A stretch of 32,000 nt of DNA, from the NCBI RefSeq assembly GCF_000341395.1, contig NC_020304.1, forward strand, positions 840,001 through 872,000, read 5' to 3'. Position 1 is the first letter of the stretch. Every line of letters starts with the position of its first letter. Made by a program: the position numbers and the translations under genes. Below, in pieces: positions 19,179 through 28,899 of the stretch. Source of the stretch: Desulfocapsa sulfexigens DSM 10523 (lineage in GTDB: Bacteria > Desulfobacterota > Desulfobulbia > Desulfobulbales > Desulfocapsaceae). The notes below the pieces were generated by a model. It was not told where the DNA came from, made no database searches, and saw only the letters and a list, made by a program, of their open reading frames with translations.

Positions 19179-20258
19179 ACTGTTCTTCTCTCCTCCAGCT
19201 CCCTCTATCTGACGTTTCCGTAAAGAATGTAATTTCTCAACAATCGTTTCTGCTCGTTTCAGTTTACTTTTTACTGTTTCATTCTCGGGTTCTAGCGCTA
19301 TAATGTTTTCCCACGCTCGTATAGCCTGTTCGTAATCCCCTGCACGATAAAAAGAGTCCCCAACGGACAATTCTTCCTCAACATATTCGCTGATCTCACG
19401 ATGCAGACGCTCCTGCATAAGTTCCACCGCCACAGTTTTCTGAGCACCTGCTGTCAACCGAGAGAGGTGTTGACGAGCCTCGGCCAACTTTCCAAAAGCC
19501 ATTGCCTTATTAAAAGATTCCATACTCTTCTTATCTTTCCTTATAGCAACTTTTTTTCTGTCCTTCTGCTTCTCAATCGCTCTCTTCCGGATCTGTTTAT
19601 CCAGACGATCCATCTGAGAGTCTGCCTCTGGACCGGGATACAACTCCACAACCAGCGGAACAATGCGACGCGCCATTGCAAGGTTGTTTTCCGCAAGCAT
19701 CTGTTCGCCAAGATGCAGCAACTGCAAAGCAATTTCCCTCGCATCATTTTTAGTACGGGAATATTTCCATTGAACAACCAGATCATTCGGGCTACTGGCA
19801 TGAAGGTCCTCCAAAAGAGGCAGCTTCTTTTGCAGCCATTCTCCCGTAATAATCAACTCCTCATACTCCAGGTTATCTAATTTTTTCTGAAAACGGAGGA
19901 GCATGTTCTGCTGCGCAGACTCCAGGGTTTTAGACTCTCCACTCTTTTGCAGTGCCTGACTATACGTAAGTTTAGCGGCAGGCCATTCGTTTTTTCGCTC
20001 CTGCTTCAGGGCGGTGGAAATAACAGATTTTTCATAGGCCCGCAGTTCATCAAGGATCAGCCTCCGTCTTTTCTCAATTTCCAGGGCATGTGGATACTCT
20101 TCTGGAGTATCCGCTATAAGGCTGAGAGCCTTGCCAAATTCCTGCCCTGCCTGGTACTCATCAAGAAGGGTGAGACGGTCAATTTTAGGATCAAGGAATA
20201 CCAAATGGGTACAACTTTGAAGGAACAACGCTAAAAGGAGGAAGACGAAAGAGTTCAT
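19170..20258 (-). CDS. TPR-containing lipoprotein
   Basis: 362 aa. Lipobox-like LALFLQSC. TPR-like segments, including C-terminal VGDSFYRAGDYEQAIRAWENIIALEPENETVKSKLKRA. Confidence 0.8.
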   Translation of the reverse strand: MNSFVFLLLALFLQSCTHLVFLDPKIDRLTLLDEYQAGQEFGKALSLIADTPEEYPHALEIEKRRRLILDELRAYEKSVISTALKQERKNEWPAAKLTYSQALQKSGESKTLESAQQNMLLRFQKKLDNLEYEELIITGEWLQKKLPLLEDLHASSPNDLVVQWKYSRTKNDAREIALQLLHLGEQMLAENNLAMARRIVPLVVELYPGPEADSQMDRLDKQIRKRAIEKQKDRKKVAIRKDKKSMESFNKAMAFGKLAEARQHLSRLTAGAQKTVAVELMQERLHREISEYVEEELSVGDSFYRAGDYEQAIRAWENIIALEPENETVKSKLKRAETIVEKLHSLRKRQIEGAGGEKNSSM

Positions 20259-20265
20259 GATAACA

Positions 20266-21735
20266 TTAATGAACCATGCCAGAATGGTTCATTTTGGCAA
20301 ATTCCATGGAAACTACCTGTTTCGATTGAGCCTCAACTTTCCAGATTTCCGAAGGAGCCGCCTTTCCCCGTAGTCGAATAGTTTGGGCCAGACTAGTTTG
20401 ATACAGAATGGCCAGCGAAAGGGAATCGTGCAGTTCCCGGGTTACAAGTATCTCACCGCCTGCTGCAATGGATGAGAGCCTGGCAGCAAGGTTTACGGCA
20501 TCACCTATTACTGTATACTCCATACGTCTTTCTGATCCAATATTCCCCGCAAGCATAGTGCCGGAATTAACAGCAACGCTGAACTCCACTGTAATCAGCC
20601 CCTGGTCGCAGCGCTGCCTGTTAAACTCTGTGATCATCCGTTGTATTTCAATACCGCAATGCACCCCATTCAAACCGTGTTCCCTATCCTCAATGGGTGC
20701 CCCAAAGAGGATCATAGCACAATCTCCAATATATTTATCAATGTGCCCCTTATGATCTCTGGCAATCTGATCAATAAGGGTAAAATAGTCATTGAGGAGC
20801 CGGTTCAAAGATTCCGGGTCTAATTTTTCACTCAAACTGGTGAAGCCTGCTATATCTGCATACAATACCGTTGCCTCTACATGGCTGCCACCAAGACGGT
20901 TTTCCGTATCATCCATCAGAGTGGATGCCACATCGGGTGAAACATGGCGCGAAAAGGTCTGCTCCACGTGTTTCTTCCTGGAAAGCCCCTCTGTCATGGT
21001 GTTCAGGGACCCCATAAGCTGCCCCAACTCATCCTTACGACACTCTTCAAAGCGAAACTGATAATTTCCCTGGGATATTTCCTGGGTCCCATCGACAAGC
21101 TGCTGAACAGGACGGGACAGCCTTCTTCCAATCAGGACCGCAACAACGATCCCAAGACTGAGCATAAGAGCTGTTATAAGCATAATGGTCTGCAGAGTAT
21201 TCCCATAGGCCGCCCCCATAAAGGAACGATCGAATGTAATAACGCAGTACCCAACTGTCAAATCCCGAAAAGTGATATTACTGACGTAAGAACTAAGGTC
21301 AACAGGGTCTTCCTCTCCAACTGACCAGTACATGGGTTGACCGTCATGTATGCTGGCAGGGTTTACAGAGGGAATAATTCCGATACCAGAAAGGAGGGCT
21401 GACTGATCTGTATATATGGCGACACCTTCTATGCCCTCATTGTACACGAGGTTGGAAGTGAGTTGATCCACGGCCTGACGGTCGTCTGCCAGAACAGGCT
21501 CGACAGCGGCAATGGCCAATTGATCACCCAATGCTGCTGCGTAAGCATCTGCCTGCTGATCAAACACAAGGCTCTGATTCCCAAGAATAAGAAGACTCAG
21601 AAGTCCCATTCCGATGATAATGACAGTAGTGATAATAGAGGCCAGCTTGACAGCAATGGATGAAGAAACGATCCCCTTAAAAAAAGAAGAAAGAAATTGT
21701 CGCCTCCTCTCAACCTGTGTCTTCTGCTCAATCAT
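20266..21735 (-). CDS. Class III adenylate/guanylate cyclase with periplasmic sensor and HAMP
   Basis: 489 aa. Two TMs, HAMP region GRRLSRPVQQLVDGTQEISQGNYQ, cyclase catalytic core EATVLYADIAGFTSLSEKLDPESLNRLLNDYFTLIDQIARDHKGHIDKYIGDCAMILFG...GSERRMEYTVIGDAVNLAARL. Confidence 0.94.
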   Translation of the reverse strand: MIEQKTQVERRRQFLSSFFKGIVSSSIAVKLASIITTVIIIGMGLLSLLILGNQSLVFDQQADAYAAALGDQLAIAAVEPVLADDRQAVDQLTSNLVYNEGIEGVAIYTDQSALLSGIGIIPSVNPASIHDGQPMYWSVGEEDPVDLSSYVSNITFRDLTVGYCVITFDRSFMGAAYGNTLQTIMLITALMLSLGIVVAVLIGRRLSRPVQQLVDGTQEISQGNYQFRFEECRKDELGQLMGSLNTMTEGLSRKKHVEQTFSRHVSPDVASTLMDDTENRLGGSHVEATVLYADIAGFTSLSEKLDPESLNRLLNDYFTLIDQIARDHKGHIDKYIGDCAMILFGAPIEDREHGLNGVHCGIEIQRMITEFNRQRCDQGLITVEFSVAVNSGTMLAGNIGSERRMEYTVIGDAVNLAARLSSIAAGGEILVTRELHDSLSLAILYQTSLAQTIRLRGKAAPSEIWKVEAQSKQVVSMEFAKMNHSGMVH

Positions 21736-21964
21736 AATATGGTGAATATACGCTACGTATTCTTCTTGTTCTCATTCTTTGTTCATTGTATTCTTACAAC
21801 CAAACACGGACAAATTCAAATACCGTTAAACGGCAAGTTAGCCTGTACTCAATTCAGCAGCCCCTTAAGGGCAGAGAGTGAAAGTACCTTATCAATATAT
21901 TTTCTTTGTAAAAAACAAGAAATTATGCTGTAAGCATACTAAACCATTCCTCTGATAATATACC

Positions 21965-22741
21965 ATGGAACAGCTAATATATACCAACAACCGCTATCAT
22001 ACCCCAGCGAATGCAACTTCTTTCTGGGGGAAGCTCTTTCCGTCATTCTCATTCTATATGAGTTTTCTGGCTAACGTCTATTTTTCCAGCAGAAAAGCAA
22101 AACAGGGGAATTATGACAATGCAGCATGGTGTCAATCAAGCTACAAAGTCCTACGGGCCCTGGAACGGACAGGACTGCAGGTATCGATAGCCGGTGTTGA
22201 ATACCTGCGGGGCCTTGACTCTCCCTGCGTCATTGTAGGTAACCATGTCAGCATGATGGATACGGTTATTGTTCCAGCTATCGTGGTTCAGGAAAGACCC
22301 ATGACTTTTATCATCAAAGAGAGCCTGATGGAGTACCCGGTGTTTAAACACGTGATGCGGTCACGGAACCCCATTGCCCTCAGCAGGAAAAATGCCCGGG
22401 AGGACTTGAAAAAAGTACTCAGTGAGGGACAAAAACGACTGCAACAGGGCATATCCGTCGCTGTTTTTCCACAAACCACCAGGGGGACAGATTTTGATCC
22501 AAAACAGTTTAACACCATCGGAGTCAAACTTGCCTTGAAGGCTGGGGTTCCGGTACTCCCCCTCGCCCTGAAGACCGATGCCTGGACAAACGGTAAGATC
22601 ATTAAGGATCTGGGGCGAATCCGCCCGGAAATTTCAACCCATTTTTGCTTTGGCCCACCAATTACCGTTGAAGACAAAGGAAAAGAAGCTCACCGCAAGG
22701 TAATTGAATTTATCAGTGGAAAGTTGAAGGAGTGGCAATAA
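21965..22741 (+). CDS. 1-acyl-sn-glycerol-3-phosphate acyltransferase (PlsC-like)
   Basis: 258 aa. IVGNHVSMMDTVIVP (HX4D-like NHVSMMD), IKESLMEYPVFKHVMR, VFPQTTRGTDFDPKQFNTIGVKLALKAGVPVLPLAL. Confidence 0.88.
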   Translation: MEQLIYTNNRYHTPANATSFWGKLFPSFSFYMSFLANVYFSSRKAKQGNYDNAAWCQSSYKVLRALERTGLQVSIAGVEYLRGLDSPCVIVGNHVSMMDTVIVPAIVVQERPMTFIIKESLMEYPVFKHVMRSRNPIALSRKNAREDLKKVLSEGQKRLQQGISVAVFPQTTRGTDFDPKQFNTIGVKLALKAGVPVLPLALKTDAWTNGKIIKDLGRIRPEISTHFCFGPPITVEDKGKEAHRKVIEFISGKLKEWQ

Positions 22742-23477
22742 ACTCAAAAGCCTCGGCTGCCAACCAGCCACTGCGTCCAGCTTCGTCGACGACAAGGACA
22801 TAGTTATTGTGTACCCTTTCAGGATGGACCATTCGCCCTTCCTGAATGGTACCAATTGAAGCAGCAGACTCAAAAGGTGACACCCGAAGTCGTGCATCCG
22901 ATACCACAACGACCCCATCCTGCCAATGTTGATATTGTCCGGCAGCTCCAACAGTAGCCACTACCATGACAACCAGACAGGCTGCAGCAAGCCCGTAGCG
23001 AGTCGTTCGTTTATATGAAGGAAAGATCGGTACCAGCAGAACCACCCAAAAAAGTACAAAAGCTGTTACCGTGAGCCCCAGCCACTGATTCAGGCCGATA
23101 AAAGAGACAAAGCGCTGTATAAAAGACTGCTCTTCCTGAAACAACCCGCTGTTTTTGCGAACGAGTTCAAGATTTCCACGACTATCGGAGTCTCCGGGTG
23201 CCAGCCGCAATGCCCGCTCATAGTTAAGAATAGCCCTGCCACTCTGGCCGGCCTGAGCGTAACTGTTTGCCAGATTATAGTAAAGTGGTGCTGATACTCC
23301 CCCCCCCGTTAATGATTCAAAAAGCTGAATCGCCATCTGGTAATCACCCCTGCTGTACGCTGCTGCAGCATTCTGAAACTGTACCTGGGTATCTTCTTCA
23401 ACCGCCCACAGCAGCTGTGATGAAGTCAGGAGAAAAAAACAGACCCCACATACAATCTTCTGTAAAAAGTCTGTCAT
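22713..23477 (-). CDS. batE: BatE-like protein: TPR plus C-terminal SH3-like domain
   Basis: 254 aa. Signal peptide, TPR (ALYYNLANSYAQAGQSGRAILNYERALRLAPGDSDSRGNLELVR), two TMs, SH3b-like end (VVSDARLRVSPFESAASIGTIQEGRMVHPERV...GRSGWLAAEAFEFI). Last gene of the Bat operon. Confidence 0.82.
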   Translation of the reverse strand: MTDFLQKIVCGVCFFLLTSSQLLWAVEEDTQVQFQNAAAAYSRGDYQMAIQLFESLTGGGVSAPLYYNLANSYAQAGQSGRAILNYERALRLAPGDSDSRGNLELVRKNSGLFQEEQSFIQRFVSFIGLNQWLGLTVTAFVLFWVVLLVPIFPSYKRTTRYGLAAACLVVMVVATVGAAGQYQHWQDGVVVVSDARLRVSPFESAASIGTIQEGRMVHPERVHNNYVLVVDEAGRSGWLAAEAFEFIATPSTFH

Positions 23478-25393
23478 CTCAGCCCTTCCAGTTCCTTTTT
23501 CAATTCACTCACAATACCCTGCATCTCCTGAGGATTTAACTCCTGCCCACCATAGGCACTTTCATCTGCAGCCCTGAATATTGGCAAAAGAGGTGAATCG
23601 GTGGAAAGTCGTTTCTCCAGGTCGGCATAGGTAATTGCCCCCGCCTCCATTTCCCAGACAAGGCCAAGTTGCTCCTGAATAGCTCTGCGACAGGCGGCCA
23701 GGAACCCCCTTGAGTCATTGACCGCAAGGGCCTGTTCGATTTCCTGGACACGTAACAGAAGCAGATGTTTCATGGCCTGCTCCCTTTGCAGTCGTGCATT
23801 CCCCGCATATCGCGCCGCCCTTAGTTTCAACACCAATACTACCAGGAGCAGGAGAAGCAACAACCCGGCCAGAACCTGAAACCATTTTCTTGCAAACAGA
23901 GGCGTCAATTCCTGATTCAATTCTCCGGGAGTCAATTGCAGGGGAGCCAGACCATTCAGCGGCGGAACAACCTCCTGCTCGGCCTCTGCAGGTTTCATCT
24001 CCTCTTTTCCCTGATCCTTGTCTACTTTTACAGCTACAGATGGCGCCTCCTCCGTTTCCCTCTCCTGGATATTCAGAGGAACAGGATCTGCAATCAGGGT
24101 CTTATATGTGGTGCTAAGCGGATCAAAATAGCTGAATCTGATGGCCGGAATTTGTTGCAGGTTCTGATCTTTTGCAACGAGCGCCTGCTCAAAAATCTTC
24201 TTTCCATGGCCGGGCCCACCATCCTTTAAAAACTCTGAGGATGGCGTGTAGGTCTTCCAACCCTCTTCAGTAGCCAGTTTCGGCACCTGAACCCGATCAA
24301 AATTCCCCTGACCACTTATGGTCATGGTAAGAGTAATGGGATCGCCGGGTGCCACCGTAAGTGGGCTTGCAGTGACATCCAGATTGAAATCTCCAATAGC
24401 ACCACTAAACCCTTCCGGTTTACCATCCAGCGGCAGAGGAAGTACGGTCAGGCTGAGTGGAGGGCTTGCAATGGTCACCTCTTTTTCGCTGTAGGAAGAA
24501 AAGAAATTATTAAAAAATGGATCATGGCCACCAAAAGGACTGGTTCGTTGTTCCGGGAGAAGAAGGGTTGCAGCAATATCCACACTCAGCTGATGAACAC
24601 CCTCTTTAATCCCTGACAAGGCCGACTGCCACGATAGCACGTTGTAGCGACTGTCATTTACAAGTTCCCTGGTCTGCTCCGGCTCACGTTCCAGCTGCTG
24701 AAGCACAAAGCCGTCCCCCTGCAACTGCGGCAAACTGTTAAGATTCGCCTTAATAGTGTCACGAAAATATACTTTTATCTGCACCGGAACAATCTCACCG
24801 CTGTAACTTTTTTCTTTAACAGGTAATACCCGAAGAAAAGCTACTTTATCGGACTCTCCGGAGCGAAGCCTGGCAGAAGAAGAGCCACCCGACGTCTGTG
24901 GCTGCACCGTCGCAGCCTGTGGAGCTGTTACTGTAAAAGTGATCGGGCGGGTCATCACGGTTCCCTCACCTGTCACAACCTTTATGGCGGGAATGGTAAA
25001 ATCACCCTCACGAAATGCCTCCACATGAAACAGAGTTGAGACAGATGCCGAATAGGCACCGTTAATCAGATTCATCTGAGTGGACTGACCCCGTTGATAA
25101 AAACGAAGTCCTTCAACTTCAGGCATCTGCGGCTCTGACGACCGTGCTCCTGTCACAGAAATGGTGAGTGCCGCGGCGCGATCCAGTGGGAAGCTGGAAA
25201 CATTCAATGATGCCGTCACCTCCACCTCAGCATATGCAGATTGAACAACTGGCAGCGTCAATAAAAGAAACAATACAGTACCTAACGCTGTTGATGAAGG
25301 GTGAACCGGCACTCTTCTCAGGAGCCCCTTGATGAAGCCAGGCACTTTCATTATTCTATTATATGAAAAATTGTCTCTACTCTTCATTACCAA
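23474..25393 (-). CDS. batD: BatD-like protein
   Basis: 639 aa. VEVTASLNVSSFPLDRAAALTISVTGARSSEPQMPEVEGLRFYQRGQSTQMNLINGAYSASVSTLFHVEAFREGDFTIPAIKV is the BatD-type oxygen-tolerance domain. C-terminal TM. Alternative start at 25351 (MKVPGF). Confidence 0.88.
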   Translation of the reverse strand: MVMKSRDNFSYNRIMKVPGFIKGLLRRVPVHPSSTALGTVLFLLLTLPVVQSAYAEVEVTASLNVSSFPLDRAAALTISVTGARSSEPQMPEVEGLRFYQRGQSTQMNLINGAYSASVSTLFHVEAFREGDFTIPAIKVVTGEGTVMTRPITFTVTAPQAATVQPQTSGGSSSARLRSGESDKVAFLRVLPVKEKSYSGEIVPVQIKVYFRDTIKANLNSLPQLQGDGFVLQQLEREPEQTRELVNDSRYNVLSWQSALSGIKEGVHQLSVDIAATLLLPEQRTSPFGGHDPFFNNFFSSYSEKEVTIASPPLSLTVLPLPLDGKPEGFSGAIGDFNLDVTASPLTVAPGDPITLTMTISGQGNFDRVQVPKLATEEGWKTYTPSSEFLKDGGPGHGKKIFEQALVAKDQNLQQIPAIRFSYFDPLSTTYKTLIADPVPLNIQERETEEAPSVAVKVDKDQGKEEMKPAEAEQEVVPPLNGLAPLQLTPGELNQELTPLFARKWFQVLAGLLLLLLLVVLVLKLRAARYAGNARLQREQAMKHLLLLRVQEIEQALAVNDSRGFLAACRRAIQEQLGLVWEMEAGAITYADLEKRLSTDSPLLPIFRAADESAYGGQELNPQEMQGIVSELKKELEGLR

Positions 25394-27387
25394 TCCTTTG
25401 ATATTTTCTGATCCCTGGTACCATTGGAAATGGCCCCTGGAACAAAATTCAACTCACCCGTCTCATCTTTTAAACTATTCAAGAGCTGTTTAGCTTCTTC
25501 TTCCGTCATTTTCCCCTGACTTCTTCGTTCCTGAGCCCTTGCTGTCGCTTCCTGCTGCTCTTTGTCCCTGGCTGCATCCTCTTCTGCGGCATCCTTATTT
25601 TCTTCCTGCTGTTCTTCTCCGGCAGCAGAGGTATCCTGTTGATCCTGCCCCGTCTCGTCACCTTCATCTTCCTTTGCAGAATCTGAATCATTCCGCTGCT
25701 CCTGCCCACTCTCCTGTGATTCCTGGTCTCCGGAATCGTTTTCAGAGGAATCCTCATCCTCGCTTTGCTGGCCCTGATCCTGATCCTGCTTCTGCTCCTG
25801 CTGCTCTTTATTGTCGTCTGAGTTTTGATCCTGATCTTTCTTTTCCTGATCCTGCTGTTCCTGCTGTTTTTTGAGTTCCTCAAGCTTCTTCTTTACAAGC
25901 TCAAGATTATAATGGGCGTCATCATGCGTAGAATCCAGCTGAAGGGCACCATCGAAGGACGCCACGGCCTCACTCCACATTTGAATGCTGTGTTGAGGGT
26001 CAGTCTGCAGCGTTTCTTTGCCTCTCTGGAACAGGGCATTACCCCGATTATAATATGCCTCCTTCTGAAGCTCGAGATCATCACTTTTCAGTGCTTCGGT
26101 GAATGCCTTGGCCGCATCCTCAAACATATTATTTTTATACGCTGCAGTTCCGTAATTGTAGTGTAACCTGGCATCATTTGGAGACTCCTGCAACTGTTCA
26201 TCGTAGAACGTTGAAGACGTAAGAAAATCTCCTGAGGCGTAAGCATCTTCTCCCTTTGACGCCTCAGCATCCTCCACCCATGCCAGAGTCCCCAGTCCAA
26301 AAAGTAGCACCAGAACAGCCGCAGCCTCCTGTTTTCTTCGACGTCCTGCCGTTTTTATAAAGGGAAGTCGCAGGCTACGGGCGGATTTTCTTCCTCCAAG
26401 CAGAAACTCGATCATGAGTAAAGCAATGGCAACACCCAGAGGCCACACGAATCGTTCCAAAGCAACCTTATGTCGTTTTTCCGCAAGCTTTTCCTTAGGG
26501 ATAAGAGATAACTTCTTCTGGTATATGGTCTGCAATCCTTCACCACTGTTTCCAAGCGGCACATACAGTCCCCCTGACAGCTCTGCAATTTGCCCAAGCA
26601 TGGTTTCATCAAGGCGTGAGGTGATAAAATTCCCCGACTCGTCCTTAACAAAACCACTCCTGCCATTCTCCATAAAGGGTATCAGTTCTCCCTCACTGCT
26701 GCCAACGCCAACGGTGTAGATGGTCATACCCTTTTCTGCTGCAGCCTCTGCAGCTTTTAAGACATCTCCCTGAAGATTTTCACCATCGGTAATCAACACC
26801 AGTATCTTATGGTTCGCTTCGTTTGAAAGGACTGTTTCCGCTTCAACGATTGCTGCCGCCAAATCGGTCCCGCCCCTGGGGATGATCGTGGTATCAATTG
26901 CCTCAAGAGAACTTTCAAAGGCACTGTAATCAATGGTCATGGGACACATCAGAAAGGCTGACCCCGCAAAGGGCAGGATTCCCACCCTGTCCCCTTCCAG
27001 CTGGCTCACAAAATCCAGAATGGCAAATTTTGCCCGTTTGAGACGATTAGGACTGACATCCTCTGCCAACATGCTTTTTGAGGTATCCACAGCAAACAAA
27101 ATATCAATACCCTTTCGCTTCACATCTATCCATTTAAAACCGTACTGCGGTCTGGCAAGTGCTATAAAACAGCAGCCAATCGCCGTAAGAAGGAGGATTC
27201 TTTTCAAGAGACGTCGCTCAAGAGAAACATTAGCGCACAATTTTCCAAGCAAGTGTGGAGCTGCAAACTTCTGCAGCTGTTTTTGTCTTTTCTGAGCGAT
27301 TTTCCTATACAAAAAAATAAGGATGATAAGAGTTACTGCCCCAACAGAAAACCAGAAAGGAGCACCAAATGTGATCATTTCACTCAT
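25387..27387 (-). CDS. batB: BatB-BatC fusion: VWA domain plus TPR plus acidic/Gln-rich tail
   Basis: 666 aa. TMs, MIDAS DTSKS in DILFAVDTSKSMLAEDVSPNRLKRAK, then TPR (LHYNYGTAAYKNNMFEDAAKAFTEALKSDDLELQKEAYYNRGNALFQRG) and low-complexity QEQKQDQDQGQQSEDEDSSE. Confidence 0.9.
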   Translation of the reverse strand: MSEMITFGAPFWFSVGAVTLIILIFLYRKIAQKRQKQLQKFAAPHLLGKLCANVSLERRLLKRILLLTAIGCCFIALARPQYGFKWIDVKRKGIDILFAVDTSKSMLAEDVSPNRLKRAKFAILDFVSQLEGDRVGILPFAGSAFLMCPMTIDYSAFESSLEAIDTTIIPRGGTDLAAAIVEAETVLSNEANHKILVLITDGENLQGDVLKAAEAAAEKGMTIYTVGVGSSEGELIPFMENGRSGFVKDESGNFITSRLDETMLGQIAELSGGLYVPLGNSGEGLQTIYQKKLSLIPKEKLAEKRHKVALERFVWPLGVAIALLMIEFLLGGRKSARSLRLPFIKTAGRRRKQEAAAVLVLLFGLGTLAWVEDAEASKGEDAYASGDFLTSSTFYDEQLQESPNDARLHYNYGTAAYKNNMFEDAAKAFTEALKSDDLELQKEAYYNRGNALFQRGKETLQTDPQHSIQMWSEAVASFDGALQLDSTHDDAHYNLELVKKKLEELKKQQEQQDQEKKDQDQNSDDNKEQQEQKQDQDQGQQSEDEDSSENDSGDQESQESGQEQRNDSDSAKEDEGDETGQDQQDTSAAGEEQQEENKDAAEEDAARDKEQQEATARAQERRSQGKMTEEEAKQLLNSLKDETGELNFVPGAISNGTRDQKISKDW

Positions 27388-28370
27388 GGCAGGCGCCTCC
27401 TCCCAAGCATAATCTCAATTCCCAGAAAAAATAGGGCAGCAAAGACAAACCAGGAGTAAAGCTCCCGGTAATTTTCAAATTTCTTGATGTTTCGGGTAGT
27501 GGTTTCCATGGTATTTATCTCTTGATAGACCTTCTCCAGAGATTTTGTGTCGGTAGCCCGAAAATAACGTCCCCCTGTCATTTCAGCAACCTGCCCCAAC
27601 GTTTCATCATCGATATCAACCCTGACCCGCATAAGACGTTTTCGCCCAAACCGGTCTTTTACAGGCATTGGAGCCTCGCCTCTTGTTCCGGCACCAATGG
27701 TATAGACCTTGATCCCAAGTGTTTCAGCGGCCTCAGCTGCAACAAGAGGTGGGACCGTACCGGCGTTGTTCATCCCATCGGTGAGGAGAATCATGATGCG
27801 CGACTTGGCATCACGATCACGGAGACGGTTCAGTCCGCTGCCAATGGCCGAACCAATCGCAGTACCGTCCTCAATCATCCCTATGGACAAAGAATCCAGA
27901 CGCTGTACCAGCCAGTCATGATCCAGTGTAAGAGGACTCACCATATAGGGACGGCCACTGAAGGCAAGCAGCCCAATACGATCATTGGGCCGCTCCATAA
28001 TAAAGGTGTGCATAACCGATTTCACGACATCAAGCCTGTTGGCAGACTTTCCTTTCAAGGTGAAATCCAGTGCCTCCATGGAACCCGAAACATCAACCGC
28101 CAGCAGAATATCAATGCCGCTTGCTTCAATTTCAGTGGTGGTATTCCCGAGCTGGGGACGCGCGAAGGCAAGGATAAGAAACCCCAGGCCCAGAAGGCGA
28201 AGCGCAGCGATTATCCCCCCCGGCCCTGTTTTCCGTCCTTCTGCTAAAACAGCAGCAATGGAGGTGGAGGAAAAAACAAGTGCGGGTGCAGCACTTCTTC
28301 TCCCACGTAGAATGGCGAGCAGAGGCAGGAGGGCGAGAAGCCAGAGAAATTCCGGGTGTAAAAATCGCAT
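27384..28370 (-). CDS. batA: BatA-like VWA-domain membrane protein
   Basis: 328 aa. MRFLHPEFLWLLALLPLLAIL..., IDILLAVDVSGSMEALDF (MIDAS DVSGS), ILLTDGMNNAGTVPP, C-terminal TM. Confidence 0.92.
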   Translation of the reverse strand: MRFLHPEFLWLLALLPLLAILRGRRSAAPALVFSSTSIAAVLAEGRKTGPGGIIAALRLLGLGFLILAFARPQLGNTTTEIEASGIDILLAVDVSGSMEALDFTLKGKSANRLDVVKSVMHTFIMERPNDRIGLLAFSGRPYMVSPLTLDHDWLVQRLDSLSIGMIEDGTAIGSAIGSGLNRLRDRDAKSRIMILLTDGMNNAGTVPPLVAAEAAETLGIKVYTIGAGTRGEAPMPVKDRFGRKRLMRVRVDIDDETLGQVAEMTGGRYFRATDTKSLEKVYQEINTMETTTRNIKKFENYRELYSWFVFAALFFLGIEIMLGRRRLP

Positions 28371-28374
28371 AGTC

Positions 28375-28899
28375 CTACCTGCCTCCGTCCCTGGTTTCGC
28401 GGGTGGATTCGATAAAATCCCCTATCGCTGTTTCCATTTTTTTCATACCATTCAGATCCGGGGTACAACGGGCAAATTTCGCCATATCGCACTGATTAAG
28501 ACATTCCCGCAGACTGTTACGATGTTTCTCCGAAAATGTTATCTGCCTGACTCCAAGATTGTCTGTAAGATGACCGAAAAACTCTTTCGTGGTTTGTCTG
28601 GTCGTTTGAATGTGAAAACGATTTTCAATATAGCGCCGTAAAATATCAGAGACTTCCTGGGCATATGACAGGGCCTCCTCGCCATTCATTCTGCTCCTGG
28701 CCCGCTTGAGGTCCTCCAGTGCCGTTTCATGGGCAGAAGGGAGAATAACAGCCTTCTTTCGCAGACGAAAAAACCAGAAGAACAGGGCTGCCATAATCAA
28801 AAAAACGAGTATTACTAGAGCGAACAGCAGATAGTTCGGATCTTCAGGTAACGGTAAGGGAGGGTGGATATCACGAAGTTGCAACTGTTCCTGATTCAT
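28375..28899 (-). CDS. DUF4381-like single-TM protein of the Bat operon
   Basis: 174 aa. LRDIHPPLPLPEDPNYLLFALVILVFLIMAALFFWFF...LRRYIENRFHIQTTRQTTKEFF, matching family style and context. Confidence 0.8.
   Translation of the reverse strand: MNQEQLQLRDIHPPLPLPEDPNYLLFALVILVFLIMAALFFWFFRLRKKAVILPSAHETALEDLKRARSRMNGEEALSYAQEVSDILRRYIENRFHIQTTRQTTKEFFGHLTDNLGVRQITFSEKHRNSLRECLNQCDMAKFARCTPDLNGMKKMETAIGDFIESTRETRDGGR

Noticed and set aside
25506-25883. RNRRIRRIR/K-rich 125-aa minus ORF, first suspected to be a repeat or basic peptide gene
   Set aside because: It is an alternate-frame reading of the low-complexity acidic/Gln-rich tail of the BatB-BatC fusion. The DNA repetitiveness follows from GAN/CAN codon bias and is not a VNTR or CRISPR array.
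27522-28247. 241-aa plus-strand ORF opposite BatA
   Set aside because: Shadow ORF over a VWA protein with intact MIDAS motif; no signature of its own.
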